DNA from: a bacterium | Lineage (GTDB): Bacteria; Elusimicrobiota; Elusimicrobia; UBA1565; UBA9628 | Assembly (NCBI GenBank): GCA_021783355.1 | Contig: JAJXTZ010000001.1 | Location: 1 to 50,203 of the forward strand | Reading direction: 5' to 3' | Length of the DNA stretch: 50,203 nt | Shown here: positions 20,640-28,862 of the stretch, piece by piece | Position numbering within the stretch: the first letter of the stretch is position 1 | Layout of the letters: each line of letters opens with the position of its first letter | Position numbers and translations under genes: made by a program | The notes under the pieces: model-generated | The model's database searches: none | Told to the model about the DNA's origin: nothing | What the model saw: only the letters and a program-made list of their open reading frames with translations

Positions 20640-22555
20640 GGGGCCTGCTGGGCGCGGGGCTGACGGCGGGCCTGGCCGCGGCCGTCGCCGCGGGGGCCCT
20701 CCTGCCCGCCCTGCGGCCGGGCCTGCTGCCGCTGCTGCTCCTCGTGCTGACCGTCCTGGCCGCGGCTGGCGCCGGGCGGCGCCTGTTGGGCGCGCTGGCC
20801 GGGCGCCTGGACGAGCTGGAGCGCACCGTCGCGGGTGCGACGCTCGGTCTGGGCCTGCTCGCGCTGGGGACCTTCGCGTTCGCCGCCGCGGGGCTCCTGC
20901 GTCCGTGGACGGGCTCGGCCCTGCTGGGCGCGCTGTGGCTGTACGGCTGGCCGCAGGCGCGGCCCGCGGTCCTGTCCCTGGCGGACGGCGCGCGCCGCGC
21001 GCGGGAGCGGCCGTGGCTGTGCGCGCTGGTCGGCCTGCCGCTCTTGGCCGCGCTGTGGGCCTGCCTGGTCCCGCCGAGCCAGTACGACGCGCTGGTCTAC
21101 CACCTGGCCCTGCCGCAGGACTACCTGCGCGCCGGGCGCTTGTACGCGCCGCCCGGGATCGTCTACGCGCACTTCCCGCAGAACGGCGAGATGCTCTTCA
21201 CGCTGGCGCTGTCGCTGGGCTCGGACCTGCTCGCGCAGATGTACGCGTGGCTGGGCGCCGCGCTCTCCGTGCTGTGGCTGCTGACCTTCGGCCGGCGCCT
21301 GACCAAGGCCGCGCCGTGGGCGGCGGTGCTGGTGGCCACGAACACGGCGGTCCTGCTGCTCTCCTCGATCGCCTATGTGGAGACGCTGGTGATGCTGTGG
21401 ACCACCGGGGCGCTGCTGGCCTTCGCCGCCTCCGGCGAGGGCGAGGACCGAGGGCTGCTCCTCCTCTCCGCCGTCTTCACGGGGCTGGCGCTGGGCGCCA
21501 AATACTACGCGGGCCTGCTGGCCGCGGCGCTGGCCCTGCGCCTCCTCTGGCGCGGGCGCTGGAAGCCCGCGGCCCTCTTCACCGCGGTGGTCACCGCGCT
21601 CTTCGCGCCCTGGCTGGTCAAGAACTGGCTGCTGGTCGGCAACCCGGTCTTCCCGTTCCTGTACAAGGTCTTCCCGGCCACCGCGATCGGCTGGACCTCG
21701 AGCCTGGCCTCGGGCTACTTCAAGGTCCTGACCGAGTACGGCCACGGACAAGGCTTCTTCCACGACCTGCTCTACGCGCCGGTCCTCCTGCTGCGCGACC
21801 CGCTGCGCTTCGGCGGCGGCATGGACGCGCTCGGGGACCTGGGCTGGGACCTGACGCTGTGGCTGTGGCCCGTGGGCCTCTGGGCGGCGTGGAAGGGCAA
21901 GGGGCCCAAGGGCCTGGCCTGGGTCACCGCCCTCTACGCGGCCGGGTGGTTTTCGACCGGCGTCGTGCTGCGCTTCCTGGTCGTCCTGGCCCCGGCGCTG
22001 GCCCTCGTCGGCGCGGCCGGCGCGGCCGCCTGGCGCGAGAAGGCGGGCGCGCCCGCGCGCGCGTTGGCCGCGGCCGCCGCGTCGGTCCTGCTCGGCGCGC
22101 ACCTCTACCTGTTCCTGTTCGTCCACGACGCGATGGGCTCCCAGCGCGTCCTGTTCGGCCTGCAGGACCGCGGGACATTCCTGTCCAAGCGCCTGGACTA
22201 CTACCCGTGCGCGGCCTTCGCGGACGCGGCGCTGGGCGCGCATGATAAAATCCTGGTCGTGGGAGAGCAGCGCGGCTATTACCTGGACCGTCCGCACCTG
22301 ACCAGCACCGTCCACGCCCCGAACCTCTACGTCCTGCGGGCCAACGCCGCCGCGTCGCCGTCGGCCTTGGCCTCGGACCTGCGCTCCGAGGGATTCACGC
22401 ACCTGCTCTTCGTGCCGCGCGAGGACGCGCGCCTGGGCGCGGGCTTGGGGACCTTCACCGAGACGGGCGCGGCCAACTGGCGGGGCCTGGAGAAGAGCCT
22501 GACCCTCGTCTACCGCGGGCCGGCCTGCCTGGTGGCCGCGCTGGGGGCGCGGTGA
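20636..22555 (+). CDS. large polytopic membrane protein, GT-C-like glycosyltransferase, copy 3
   Basis: About 12 or more hydrophobic spans, a YDALVYHLALP loop motif and a C-terminal soluble domain. ATGA overlap with the GT2. Confidence 0.65.
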   Translation: MRGLLGAGLTAGLAAAVAAGALLPALRPGLLPLLLLVLTVLAAAGAGRRLLGALAGRLDELERTVAGATLGLGLLALGTFAFAAAGLLRPWTGSALLGALWLYGWPQARPAVLSLADGARRARERPWLCALVGLPLLAALWACLVPPSQYDALVYHLALPQDYLRAGRLYAPPGIVYAHFPQNGEMLFTLALSLGSDLLAQMYAWLGAALSVLWLLTFGRRLTKAAPWAAVLVATNTAVLLLSSIAYVETLVMLWTTGALLAFAASGEGEDRGLLLLSAVFTGLALGAKYYAGLLAAALALRLLWRGRWKPAALFTAVVTALFAPWLVKNWLLVGNPVFPFLYKVFPATAIGWTSSLASGYFKVLTEYGHGQGFFHDLLYAPVLLLRDPLRFGGGMDALGDLGWDLTLWLWPVGLWAAWKGKGPKGLAWVTALYAAGWFSTGVVLRFLVVLAPALALVGAAGAAAWREKAGAPARALAAAAASVLLGAHLYLFLFVHDAMGSQRVLFGLQDRGTFLSKRLDYYPCAAFADAALGAHDKILVVGEQRGYYLDRPHLTSTVHAPNLYVLRANAAASPSALASDLRSEGFTHLLFVPREDARLGAGLGTFTETGAANWRGLEKSLTLVYRGPACLVAALGAR

Positions 22556-23589
22556 CGCCGACCGGCCCGGGCCTGGACGCGGTCTGCTTCGCCGTCGCGG
22601 CGGCGATCTCGTTCTCGGTGACGCCGCTGGTGCGCCTGGCCTCGCTGCGCTTCGGGATCCTGGACGCGCCGACCTCGGCGGTCAAGACGCACAAGGTCCC
22701 CACGCCGGTGTTCGGCGGCGTGGCCATCTGGGCGGGCTTCGTGGGCGCGATGCTGCTCCTGCGCCTGACCACGGGCTTCCCGACCGGCACGCTCTACAAC
22801 CTGCGCGGGCTGGTCCTGGGCGGCACGCTGATCTTCGGCCTGGGACTGGCCGACGACCTCCGGCGCCCGCAAGGCCTCGACTATAAGCCCAAGCTCCTGG
22901 TCCAGTTCCTGGCCACCGCCCTCCTGGTGCTCTACGGCCTGCGCATCCGCTTCATCCGCCCGGACTGGGTCGCGGCCGGGGTGACGCTGGTCTGGGTGGT
23001 CGGCGTCACCAACGCGATGAACATCATCGACATCATGGACGGCCTGGCGGCCAGCCAGGCCGCGATCGCGGCGGCGGGCTTCCTGCTGATCTCGCTTCCC
23101 TCCGAGGAGCACTACGTGAACTTCGCCGCGGCGGCCATCGCGGGGGCGGCCGTCGGCTTCCTGCCCTGGAACCTGTCCAAGCGCCGCAAGGTGTTCATGG
23201 GCGACAGCGGGAGCCTGACGCTGGGCTTCCTGCTCGCCTGCGTGTCGCTGGGCGCGCGCTACTCCGACGTCAACAACGCCGGCGTCTTCGCGCCCCTGCT
23301 CATCCTGTTCGTGCCCGTGTTCGACACGCTCTTCGTCAGCGTCCTGCGCCTCAACCAGGGCAAGTCCCCGTTCCTGGGCTCCCGGGACCATTTCGCCCTG
23401 CGCCTGGAGCGCCTGGGCTGGTCGCGCGGGCAGGTGGTCCTGCTCGCGGGCGCGGCGGCGGCGTTCCTGGGCTTCGTCGCCTTCCTCGCGACCCAGTATC
23501 CGCTCAAGGGGGCGCTGGCCCTCTACGCCCTCGTCGGCGCCCTCGTGCTCTGGCTCGGCCTGCGGCTGTCGCTGGTGTCGATGAAATGA
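22552..23589 (+). CDS. polyprenyl-phosphate N-acetylhexosamine-1-phosphate transferase (MraY/WecA family, GT4)
   Basis: GLADDL...VTNAMNIIDIMDGLA...FMGDSGSLTLGF are the canonical MraY/WecA motifs. GTGA overlap at 22552. Confidence 0.85.
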   Translation: MTPTGPGLDAVCFAVAAAISFSVTPLVRLASLRFGILDAPTSAVKTHKVPTPVFGGVAIWAGFVGAMLLLRLTTGFPTGTLYNLRGLVLGGTLIFGLGLADDLRRPQGLDYKPKLLVQFLATALLVLYGLRIRFIRPDWVAAGVTLVWVVGVTNAMNIIDIMDGLAASQAAIAAAGFLLISLPSEEHYVNFAAAAIAGAAVGFLPWNLSKRRKVFMGDSGSLTLGFLLACVSLGARYSDVNNAGVFAPLLILFVPVFDTLFVSVLRLNQGKSPFLGSRDHFALRLERLGWSRGQVVLLAGAAAAFLGFVAFLATQYPLKGALALYALVGALVLWLGLRLSLVSMK

Positions 23590-24908
23590 AGACCGACGCC
23601 CTGATCCTCGGCGGGGGCCTGGCCGGACTCTCGACGGCCTACCACCTGGGCCGCCTGGGCGCGCCCTCGCGCCTGGTGGCGGAGGCGCGCGCGCGCGTCG
23701 GCGGCACGGCGGGCTCGGTCCGCTCCGACGGCTTCACCTACGACTACACCGGCCACCTGCTCCACCTGCACGACCCGTACGGCAAGGACCTGGTCCTCGA
23801 CCTGCTGGCGGGCAACTCCGCGCCGCACGAGCGCCGCGCGTGGATCCGCTCGCGCGGCGTGGACACGCGCTACCCGTTCCAGGCCAACGTGAAGGGCCTG
23901 CCCCCGGCGGTGGTCGCCGAGTGCGTGGCCGGCTTCCTGGAGACGGTCCACCGCCCGCGCGCCCTGCCGCGCCGGCCCGACTTCCTGTCCTGGTCGCGCG
24001 CGACCTTCGGCGACGGGATCACGCGCCACTTCATGAAGCCGTACAACGAGAAGCTCTGGGGCATGCCCCTTTCCCGCCTGACGACCGAGTGGCAGGGGCG
24101 CTTCGTCCCCAAGCCGACCGCCTCGGAGGTGCTCTACGGGGCGCTCGCCGAGCAGAACGCGCTCTTCGGCTACAACGCCTCGTTCCGCTACCCGATCCGC
24201 GGCGGCATCCAGGCCCTGCCCGACGCCTTGGCCGCGCGCCTGGAGCCGGGCGTCGTGCGCACCGGCGCGCGCGTGACGAGGGTGGATCTGCGCGAGAAGG
24301 TCGCGACGATCGAGGGCTTGGGCGAGGTGCGCTACGAACGCCTGGTCAACACCCTGCCGCTCAACGCCTTCCTGGACCTGGCCGCGCCCCTGCCGGCCGC
24401 GGTCAAGGACGCGCGCCGGCGCCTGCGCTGGAACACGGTGTGGAACCTGAACCTCGGCGTCGCGCGCCCCAACCTCACCGACAAGCACTGGATCTACTTC
24501 CCGGAGAGGAAGTATCCGTTCTACCGCGTCGGCTGCCTGACCGCGTTCTCGCCCCTCTCGGCCCCGGCCGGGCACAGCGCGCTCTACGTCGAGGTCTCCC
24601 GCCCGGGCGGGGCGCGCGTGGACCGCGCGCGCCTGGAGGCCGCGATCCTGGACGGCCTGCGCGAGTCCGGCCTCTTGAAGCGCTCGGACCGGGTCGTCTC
24701 CAAGGTCTGGCTGCCCATCGAGGTCGGGTACGTGGTCTACGACTTCGCGCGCACGCCGGCCGTCGAGACGATCTTCCGCCACCTGGGCGGCATCGGCGTG
24801 GAGTCCATCGGCCGCTACGGGGCGTGGAAGTACTCGTTCATGGAGGAGGCGATCTTGGACGGCCGCCGCTGCGCCCAGCGCCTGGCGGGCGGGGAGGGGG
24901 CCGCGTGA
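23586..24908 (+). CDS. FAD-dependent oxidoreductase, UDP-galactopyranose mutase-like (amine-oxidase fold)
   Basis: ALILGGGLAGLSTA is the dinucleotide fold. GHLLHLHDPY, RYPFQANV and PYNEKLWG resemble eukaryote-type UGM motifs, recalled from memory. ATGA overlap. Confidence 0.6.
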   Translation: MKTDALILGGGLAGLSTAYHLGRLGAPSRLVAEARARVGGTAGSVRSDGFTYDYTGHLLHLHDPYGKDLVLDLLAGNSAPHERRAWIRSRGVDTRYPFQANVKGLPPAVVAECVAGFLETVHRPRALPRRPDFLSWSRATFGDGITRHFMKPYNEKLWGMPLSRLTTEWQGRFVPKPTASEVLYGALAEQNALFGYNASFRYPIRGGIQALPDALAARLEPGVVRTGARVTRVDLREKVATIEGLGEVRYERLVNTLPLNAFLDLAAPLPAAVKDARRRLRWNTVWNLNLGVARPNLTDKHWIYFPERKYPFYRVGCLTAFSPLSAPAGHSALYVEVSRPGGARVDRARLEAAILDGLRESGLLKRSDRVVSKVWLPIEVGYVVYDFARTPAVETIFRHLGGIGVESIGRYGAWKYSFMEEAILDGRRCAQRLAGGEGAA

Positions 24909-25372
24909 GGCGCGCCCTCCCGGCGGTCCTGGCGGCGCTCTGCCTCTCGTCGTGCGTCGCGGTCACCGTCGCGCGCCGCCGCCCGCGCAAGGGGCCGGTC
25001 GCCGCCGTCGGCTTCGTGGACTTCGGCGGCGGCGAGGTGCGCTACTCGCTGGACGGCTGGGGCTGGGTGGTGGCCAGCCGCCGGCGCACGGCGCTGCGCC
25101 TGATGCGCAGCAACTGCGGGGACGAGCTGGTCCCGCGGATCGTCGACGACTTCCCGCGCGTGGACGCCGACGCCCCGTACGCGGGCGACGACGTGACCGC
25201 GCTGGAGAGCGGCGTCGCGCACTACGTGCTGGAGCGCTACGAGCACCTGGTCTACGAGTGCCGCGCGCCCGCCGCGCCCGAGGCGGCCGCGTCCACGGGG
25301 ACGGTCCCGTCCCCGGTGATCGTCGCTCCGCTGCTGGCTCCGACCACGGCCCAGGAGGCCCCGAACAAATGA
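24905..25372 (+). CDS. hypothetical lipoprotein
   Basis: N-terminus VRRALPAVLAALCLSSCVAV has a lipobox-like L-S-S-C. I recognise no family. GTGA overlap on the upstream side and ATGA overlap downstream. Confidence 0.55.
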   Translation: MRRALPAVLAALCLSSCVAVTVARRRPRKGPVAAVGFVDFGGGEVRYSLDGWGWVVASRRRTALRLMRSNCGDELVPRIVDDFPRVDADAPYAGDDVTALESGVAHYVLERYEHLVYECRAPAAPEAAASTGTVPSPVIVAPLLAPTTAQEAPNK

Positions 25373-26148
25373 TGAAACTCGACCGCCCGCTCTGCGTCTT
25401 CGACCTGGAGGCGACCGGCGTGGATCCCAACCAGGACCGCATCGTGGACGTCTGCGTCCTGCGCTTCGAGCCGGGCGGCGCCGAGACCGTGCTGTCCACC
25501 CTGGTGGACCCCGGCGCGCCGATCCCGGCCGAGGCGACCGCCATCCACCACATCGACGACGGCATGGTGCGCGGCCAGCCGACGCTCAAGGACCTGGCCC
25601 CGCGCCTGCTGGAGATCTTCGAGGGCGCGGACCTGTCCGGCTTCAACGCCGCGCGCTACGACATCCCGCTGATGACCGCCGAGCTCAAGCGCGCCGGCTA
25701 CGACTGGCCGCTGGAGGGGCGGCGGATCGTGGACTCGTTCACGATCTTCCAGCGCAAGGAGCGGCGCGATCTGGCCGCCGCCTACAAGTTCTACTGCGGC
25801 AAGGAGATCTCCGGCGCGCACCGCGCCGAGGCCGACGTGCGCGCCACCGCCGAGGTGCTGTGGGCGCAGGTCGAGCGCTACCCCGACCTGCCCAAGGACG
25901 CGGCCGGCCTGGCGGCGTTTTGCGCGCAGATCGACCCCGGCCGCGTGGACGCCGACGGCAAGTTCGTCTGGCGCGGCGGCCAGGCGGCGTTCGGCTTCGG
26001 CGGCAAGCACAAGGGCAAGCTCCTGCGCGACGTGGCGCGCGAGGACCCCGGCTACCTGGACTGGATGGCCAACAAGGGGAACTTCAGCCCCGCGGTCGCG
26101 GCGCTGGTCCGCGACGCCCTGAAGGGGAAGTTCCCGGAGAAGACATGA
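25369..26148 (+). CDS. DEDDh 3'-5' exonuclease (DnaQ/ExoX-like) with a C-terminal ExoX-like domain
   Basis: CVFDLEATG (Exo I), GFNAARYDIPLM (Exo II) and HRAEADVRAT (Exo III, H-x4-D). The C-terminal GKHKGKLLRDVAREDPGYLDWM resembles the ExoX C-terminal/DUF3820 type. Confidence 0.8.
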   Translation: MMKLDRPLCVFDLEATGVDPNQDRIVDVCVLRFEPGGAETVLSTLVDPGAPIPAEATAIHHIDDGMVRGQPTLKDLAPRLLEIFEGADLSGFNAARYDIPLMTAELKRAGYDWPLEGRRIVDSFTIFQRKERRDLAAAYKFYCGKEISGAHRAEADVRATAEVLWAQVERYPDLPKDAAGLAAFCAQIDPGRVDADGKFVWRGGQAAFGFGGKHKGKLLRDVAREDPGYLDWMANKGNFSPAVAALVRDALKGKFPEKT

Positions 26149-26816
26149 AGAAGGCGGTGGTCCTGCTCTCGGGCGGCTTGGACTCGACGACGGCCCTGTA
26201 CTGGGCCAAGTCCCGGGGTTACGCCCCGGTGGCCCTGGCCGTGCGCTACGGCCAGCGCCACGCGCGCGAGCTGCGCGCGGCGCGCGCCGTCGCCGCCGAG
26301 GCGGGCGCGCCGCTCAACGCCGTGACGCTCTCCCTGCCCTGGCTGGCGGGCGCGTCCTCGCTGACCGGGCGCGCCTTGGCCCTTCCCGAGGTCCCGCTGG
26401 AGAGGATCGGGCGCGGTCCCATCCCGAACACCTACGTCCCCGGCCGCAACACCGTGTTCCTGTCCCTGGCCGTCTCGCTGGCCGACTCGATCGGCGCCGC
26501 GGCCGTGGTGATCGGCGCCAACGCCTACGACTACTCCGGCTACCCGGACTGCCGCCCGCCCTTCCTGCGCGCCTTCGCCCGGGTCGCCCGCCTGGGCACC
26601 CGCCGCGGCAGCGAGGGCAAGCCGCTCCGGGTGCTGGCACCGCTGCTGCGCCTCGACAAGAAAGGCATCGTGCGCCTGGCCCGGCGCGTCGGCGCGCCCC
26701 TGGGCCTGACCTGGTCCTGCTACGCCGGCCTCGCGCGCCCGTGCGGCCGCTGCGACTCCTGCAAGCTCCGCGCCAAGGGCTTCCGCGAGGCCGGACTCGA
26801 GGATCCGGCCCTTTGA
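26145..26816 (+). CDS. queC: 7-cyano-7-deazaguanine synthase
   Basis: AVVLLSGGLDSTT is the PP-loop. The C-terminal zinc cluster WSCY...CGRCDSCKLR is typical of QueC. Confidence 0.9.
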   Translation: MKKAVVLLSGGLDSTTALYWAKSRGYAPVALAVRYGQRHARELRAARAVAAEAGAPLNAVTLSLPWLAGASSLTGRALALPEVPLERIGRGPIPNTYVPGRNTVFLSLAVSLADSIGAAAVVIGANAYDYSGYPDCRPPFLRAFARVARLGTRRGSEGKPLRVLAPLLRLDKKGIVRLARRVGAPLGLTWSCYAGLARPCGRCDSCKLRAKGFREAGLEDPAL

Positions 26817-27532
26817 GGCGCGCCCCGGCGCTGTCCGACGCGGGCCGCGCCCGCGTCGTCGAGGTCTTCTCGTCCCTGCAGGGCGAGGGCCCCCGCGTCG
26901 GCGAGCGCCAGATCTTCGTGCGCCTGGGCGGCTGCAACCTCCGCTGCGACTACTGCGACGAGCCCGACACGATCCCCATCCCGTCGGGGACGGTCTGGGC
27001 GGCCGAGCGCGTGAAGGCCGGAATCGCGCGTCTGGAGGCGCAGCGTCCCCACAAGGCCGTCTCGTGGACCGGAGGCGAGCCGCTGCTCCACCCGGCGTTC
27101 CTGGAGCCGCTGATGCGCTGGGCTCGCGCGCGCGGTCTCCAGAACTACATGGAGACGAACGGCACCCGCCCCGCCGCGCTGCGCGCCCTGGCCCCGCTCT
27201 GCGACGCCGTCGCGATGGACCTCAAGCTTCCGTCCTCCATCGGCCGCGACTGCTGGGACCTGCACGCCGCCTTTCTGGCCGAGGCCCCGCCGGCCACCTT
27301 CGTCAAGGTCGTGCTGACCGCGCGCTCGACCGACGCGGAACTGCGGCGCGTCCTCGCGCTGCTGCGCGCGGCCCCGCGCCGCCCGCTCCTGGTCCTCCAG
27401 CCGGCCACCGCCTTCGGCGGGGCGCTCCCGATGCCGCCCGCGGGCGTCCTGCGCTGGGAGGACGCGGCCCGCCGCGCGGGCCTGAAGACCTTGGTCGCGC
27501 CCCAGTGGCAGCACCTCTGGGGCGTGCGCTGA
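26813..27532 (+). CDS. queE: 7-carboxy-7-deazaguanine synthase (radical SAM)
   Basis: VVEVFSSLQGEGPRVGERQIFVRLGGCNLRCDYCDE is the QueE N-terminus with the CxxxCxxC-type cluster. Probable TTG start overlapping the queC stop (TTGA). Confidence 0.85.
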   Translation: MRRAPALSDAGRARVVEVFSSLQGEGPRVGERQIFVRLGGCNLRCDYCDEPDTIPIPSGTVWAAERVKAGIARLEAQRPHKAVSWTGGEPLLHPAFLEPLMRWARARGLQNYMETNGTRPAALRALAPLCDAVAMDLKLPSSIGRDCWDLHAAFLAEAPPATFVKVVLTARSTDAELRRVLALLRAAPRRPLLVLQPATAFGGALPMPPAGVLRWEDAARRAGLKTLVAPQWQHLWGVR

Positions 27533-27572
27533 CGCGCGACCCGGCGCCCGGCCTCCGCGCCGCAATCCATTG

Positions 27573-27663
27573 GATTTTGGTTCGTTGCTTTAAAGGCGAT
27601 TCCCGCCCCGATAACCTCGGATTATCCGCGGGCGCGGCGCCTTTAAAGCAACGAACCAAAATC
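27573..27663. repeat. 91-nt element: 26-bp perfect inverted repeat with a 39-nt spacer that itself folds
   Basis: GATTTTGGTTCGTTGCTTTAAAGGCG (27573-27598) is the exact reverse complement of 27638-27663. The spacer has nested pairs CCCGC/GCGGG and GATAA/TTATC. Markedly AT-rich compared with its surroundings. Confidence 0.9.
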
Positions 27664-27720
27664 GGAAAGGATCCGCCGGGATGGGTGGAACCTTTTGGCC
27701 TCCCGCCGCGTATCCATGTC

Positions 27721-28038
27721 ATGGACGATCCCGACGTGGAGGCGGCGCTCGAGCGGGCGGCGGCCTTGCTGCGGTCGCGGCGCCTCGACCGAGGGATCTC
27801 CCTGCGCCAACTCGCCGACGAGGCGGGCGTGAACCCGTCGGTGGCCCATCGCGCCGAGAACGGGCGCGATGCCCGCCTCAAGACCTGGGCCAAGCTCTTC
27901 GCCGGGCTCGGCTGCCGCCTGAGGCTGGACGCTCAGGAGACCAGCGAGGACGCCGGGGGTCTGCTCGACGACGAGGCGGAGAGGCGGCGCCGGCGGCGGT
28001 TGGAGGGTCTCTGCGCGGGCAGGCGGCGCTGGTATTAA
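27721..28038 (+). CDS. small XRE-family HTH protein with an Arg-rich C-terminus
   Basis: GISLRQLADEAGVNPSVAHRAENGRD is a Cro/C1-type HTH. The tail is EAERRRRRRLEGLCAGRRRWY. Internal ATG of the long ORF 27064-28038. Confidence 0.7.
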   Translation: MDDPDVEAALERAAALLRSRRLDRGISLRQLADEAGVNPSVAHRAENGRDARLKTWAKLFAGLGCRLRLDAQETSEDAGGLLDDEAERRRRRRLEGLCAGRRRWY

Positions 28039-28096
28039 AGCAGGAGGCGCCGAGACCGGTGTCCATGATTAGGACCGTCTCGGCGCCTCATACCAG
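28029..28096 (+). terminator. strong hairpin spanning and following the XRE stop (13-bp GC stem plus 7-bp outer stem), no U-tract
   Basis: GAGGCGCCGAGAC (28044-28056) pairs with GTCTCGGCGCCTC (28077-28089). The outer pair is CTGGTAT (28029-28035) with ATACCAG (28090-28096). Confidence 0.45.
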
Positions 28097-28357
28097 GCCC
28101 GCCTGGAACCCGCAACGCCCGACCACTTGCGACCACGCTCGCCGGTTGCAGCCTCGGCTTCGCCCCGGCGTTCTGCTTCGGCCCCGTCTTGCACTCTGGG
28201 TTCGAGGCGGGCGACGCTGTCAGTATAGCCCCGAAATTTGCCCTGTCAAGACCTATGCGGGACATGGGTCTTACGGCTCAGGACGAACGACGGCCGGCGC
28301 GGTATCCTAGAGGTGACGCGGAGGCCCCCCGAGGGCCGACGCGAACGAGGTGCCCCG

Positions 28358-28858
28358 ATGTCCCGTTTCGCTCTCGCCGCCCTGATCGTCGCCGTGTCGG
28401 TCGCGTCCGCGGCCGCCCAAGTCGCCTCCGTGACCGCGGTCTGCCGCCCCGACGCGGAGCTGGACCAGAAGGTCTTCGCGCTGTGGGTGACGCCGGGGAC
28501 CAACCCGGACGCGGTCCCCTGCGCGGCGATGCTGCACATGGCCTCCTGCGCGGCCTCGGCGGCCGGCGAGACGCGGCTCTACGCCTCCCCCGACGGCGCG
28601 TACACGGCCATCCTGACCTCGGCCTTGGACGGGGCGGTCACGGTCTCGCTCCAGCTGGTCGGCGCGTCGGGCGTCGGCCACGGCGCGGTGGAGCTGGCGG
28701 TCTTCAACACGCACCGGGTGTTCTACAGGGGCGTCGGCGCCGACCAGGTGCAGGTCCAAGACCAGGACACCGGAGAGATGAAGTCAATCGGCAACGTGAT
28801 GCTGATCCCCGCCGAGAATCTGACCGACAACGGCCGGGCGATGTGCCCGGCGCAGTGA
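28358..28858 (+). CDS. secreted hypothetical protein (166 aa, 4 Cys in mature part)
   Basis: Signal peptide MSRFALAALIVAVSVASAAAQ. GAGGTG lies 5 nt upstream of the ATG. I recognise no family. Confidence 0.6.
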   Translation: MSRFALAALIVAVSVASAAAQVASVTAVCRPDAELDQKVFALWVTPGTNPDAVPCAAMLHMASCAASAAGETRLYASPDGAYTAILTSALDGAVTVSLQLVGASGVGHGAVELAVFNTHRVFYRGVGADQVQVQDQDTGEMKSIGNVMLIPAENLTDNGRAMCPAQ

Positions 28859-28862
28859 CGGC

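Noticed and set aside
26000-26145. A search for a preQ1 riboswitch upstream of queC.
   Set aside because: The queC start overlaps the stop of the exonuclease gene, so there is no untranslated leader that could hold a riboswitch.
26632-26650. A near sigma54-like TGGCAC-N5-CTGC inside queC, along with other TGGCAC occurrences at 16151 and 20355.
   Set aside because: They lie inside coding sequence, lack the TTGC -12 element and have no downstream start codon.
27573-27663. The inverted-repeat element read as an integron attC site.
   Set aside because: An attC site has RYYYAAC at its 5' end and GTTRRRY at its 3' end, with imperfect pairing and extrahelical bases. Here the arms are perfectly paired and the GTT/AAC order is the reverse. 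No integrase (intI) gene is nearby.
27573-27663. The same element read as an intrinsic terminator for queE.
   Set aside because: The stem is AT-rich and 26 bp long, and it is followed by GGAAAGG rather than a U-tract. The geometry is the same on both strands.
28185-28225. A T-loop-like GGGTTCGAGGC, considered as a possible tRNA or tmRNA fragment in the non-coding stretch.
   Set aside because: The flanking bases do not form a T-arm (TCTGG versus GCGGG). No acceptor or anticodon stems can be drawn, and there is no CCA-proximal acceptor pairing on either strand.
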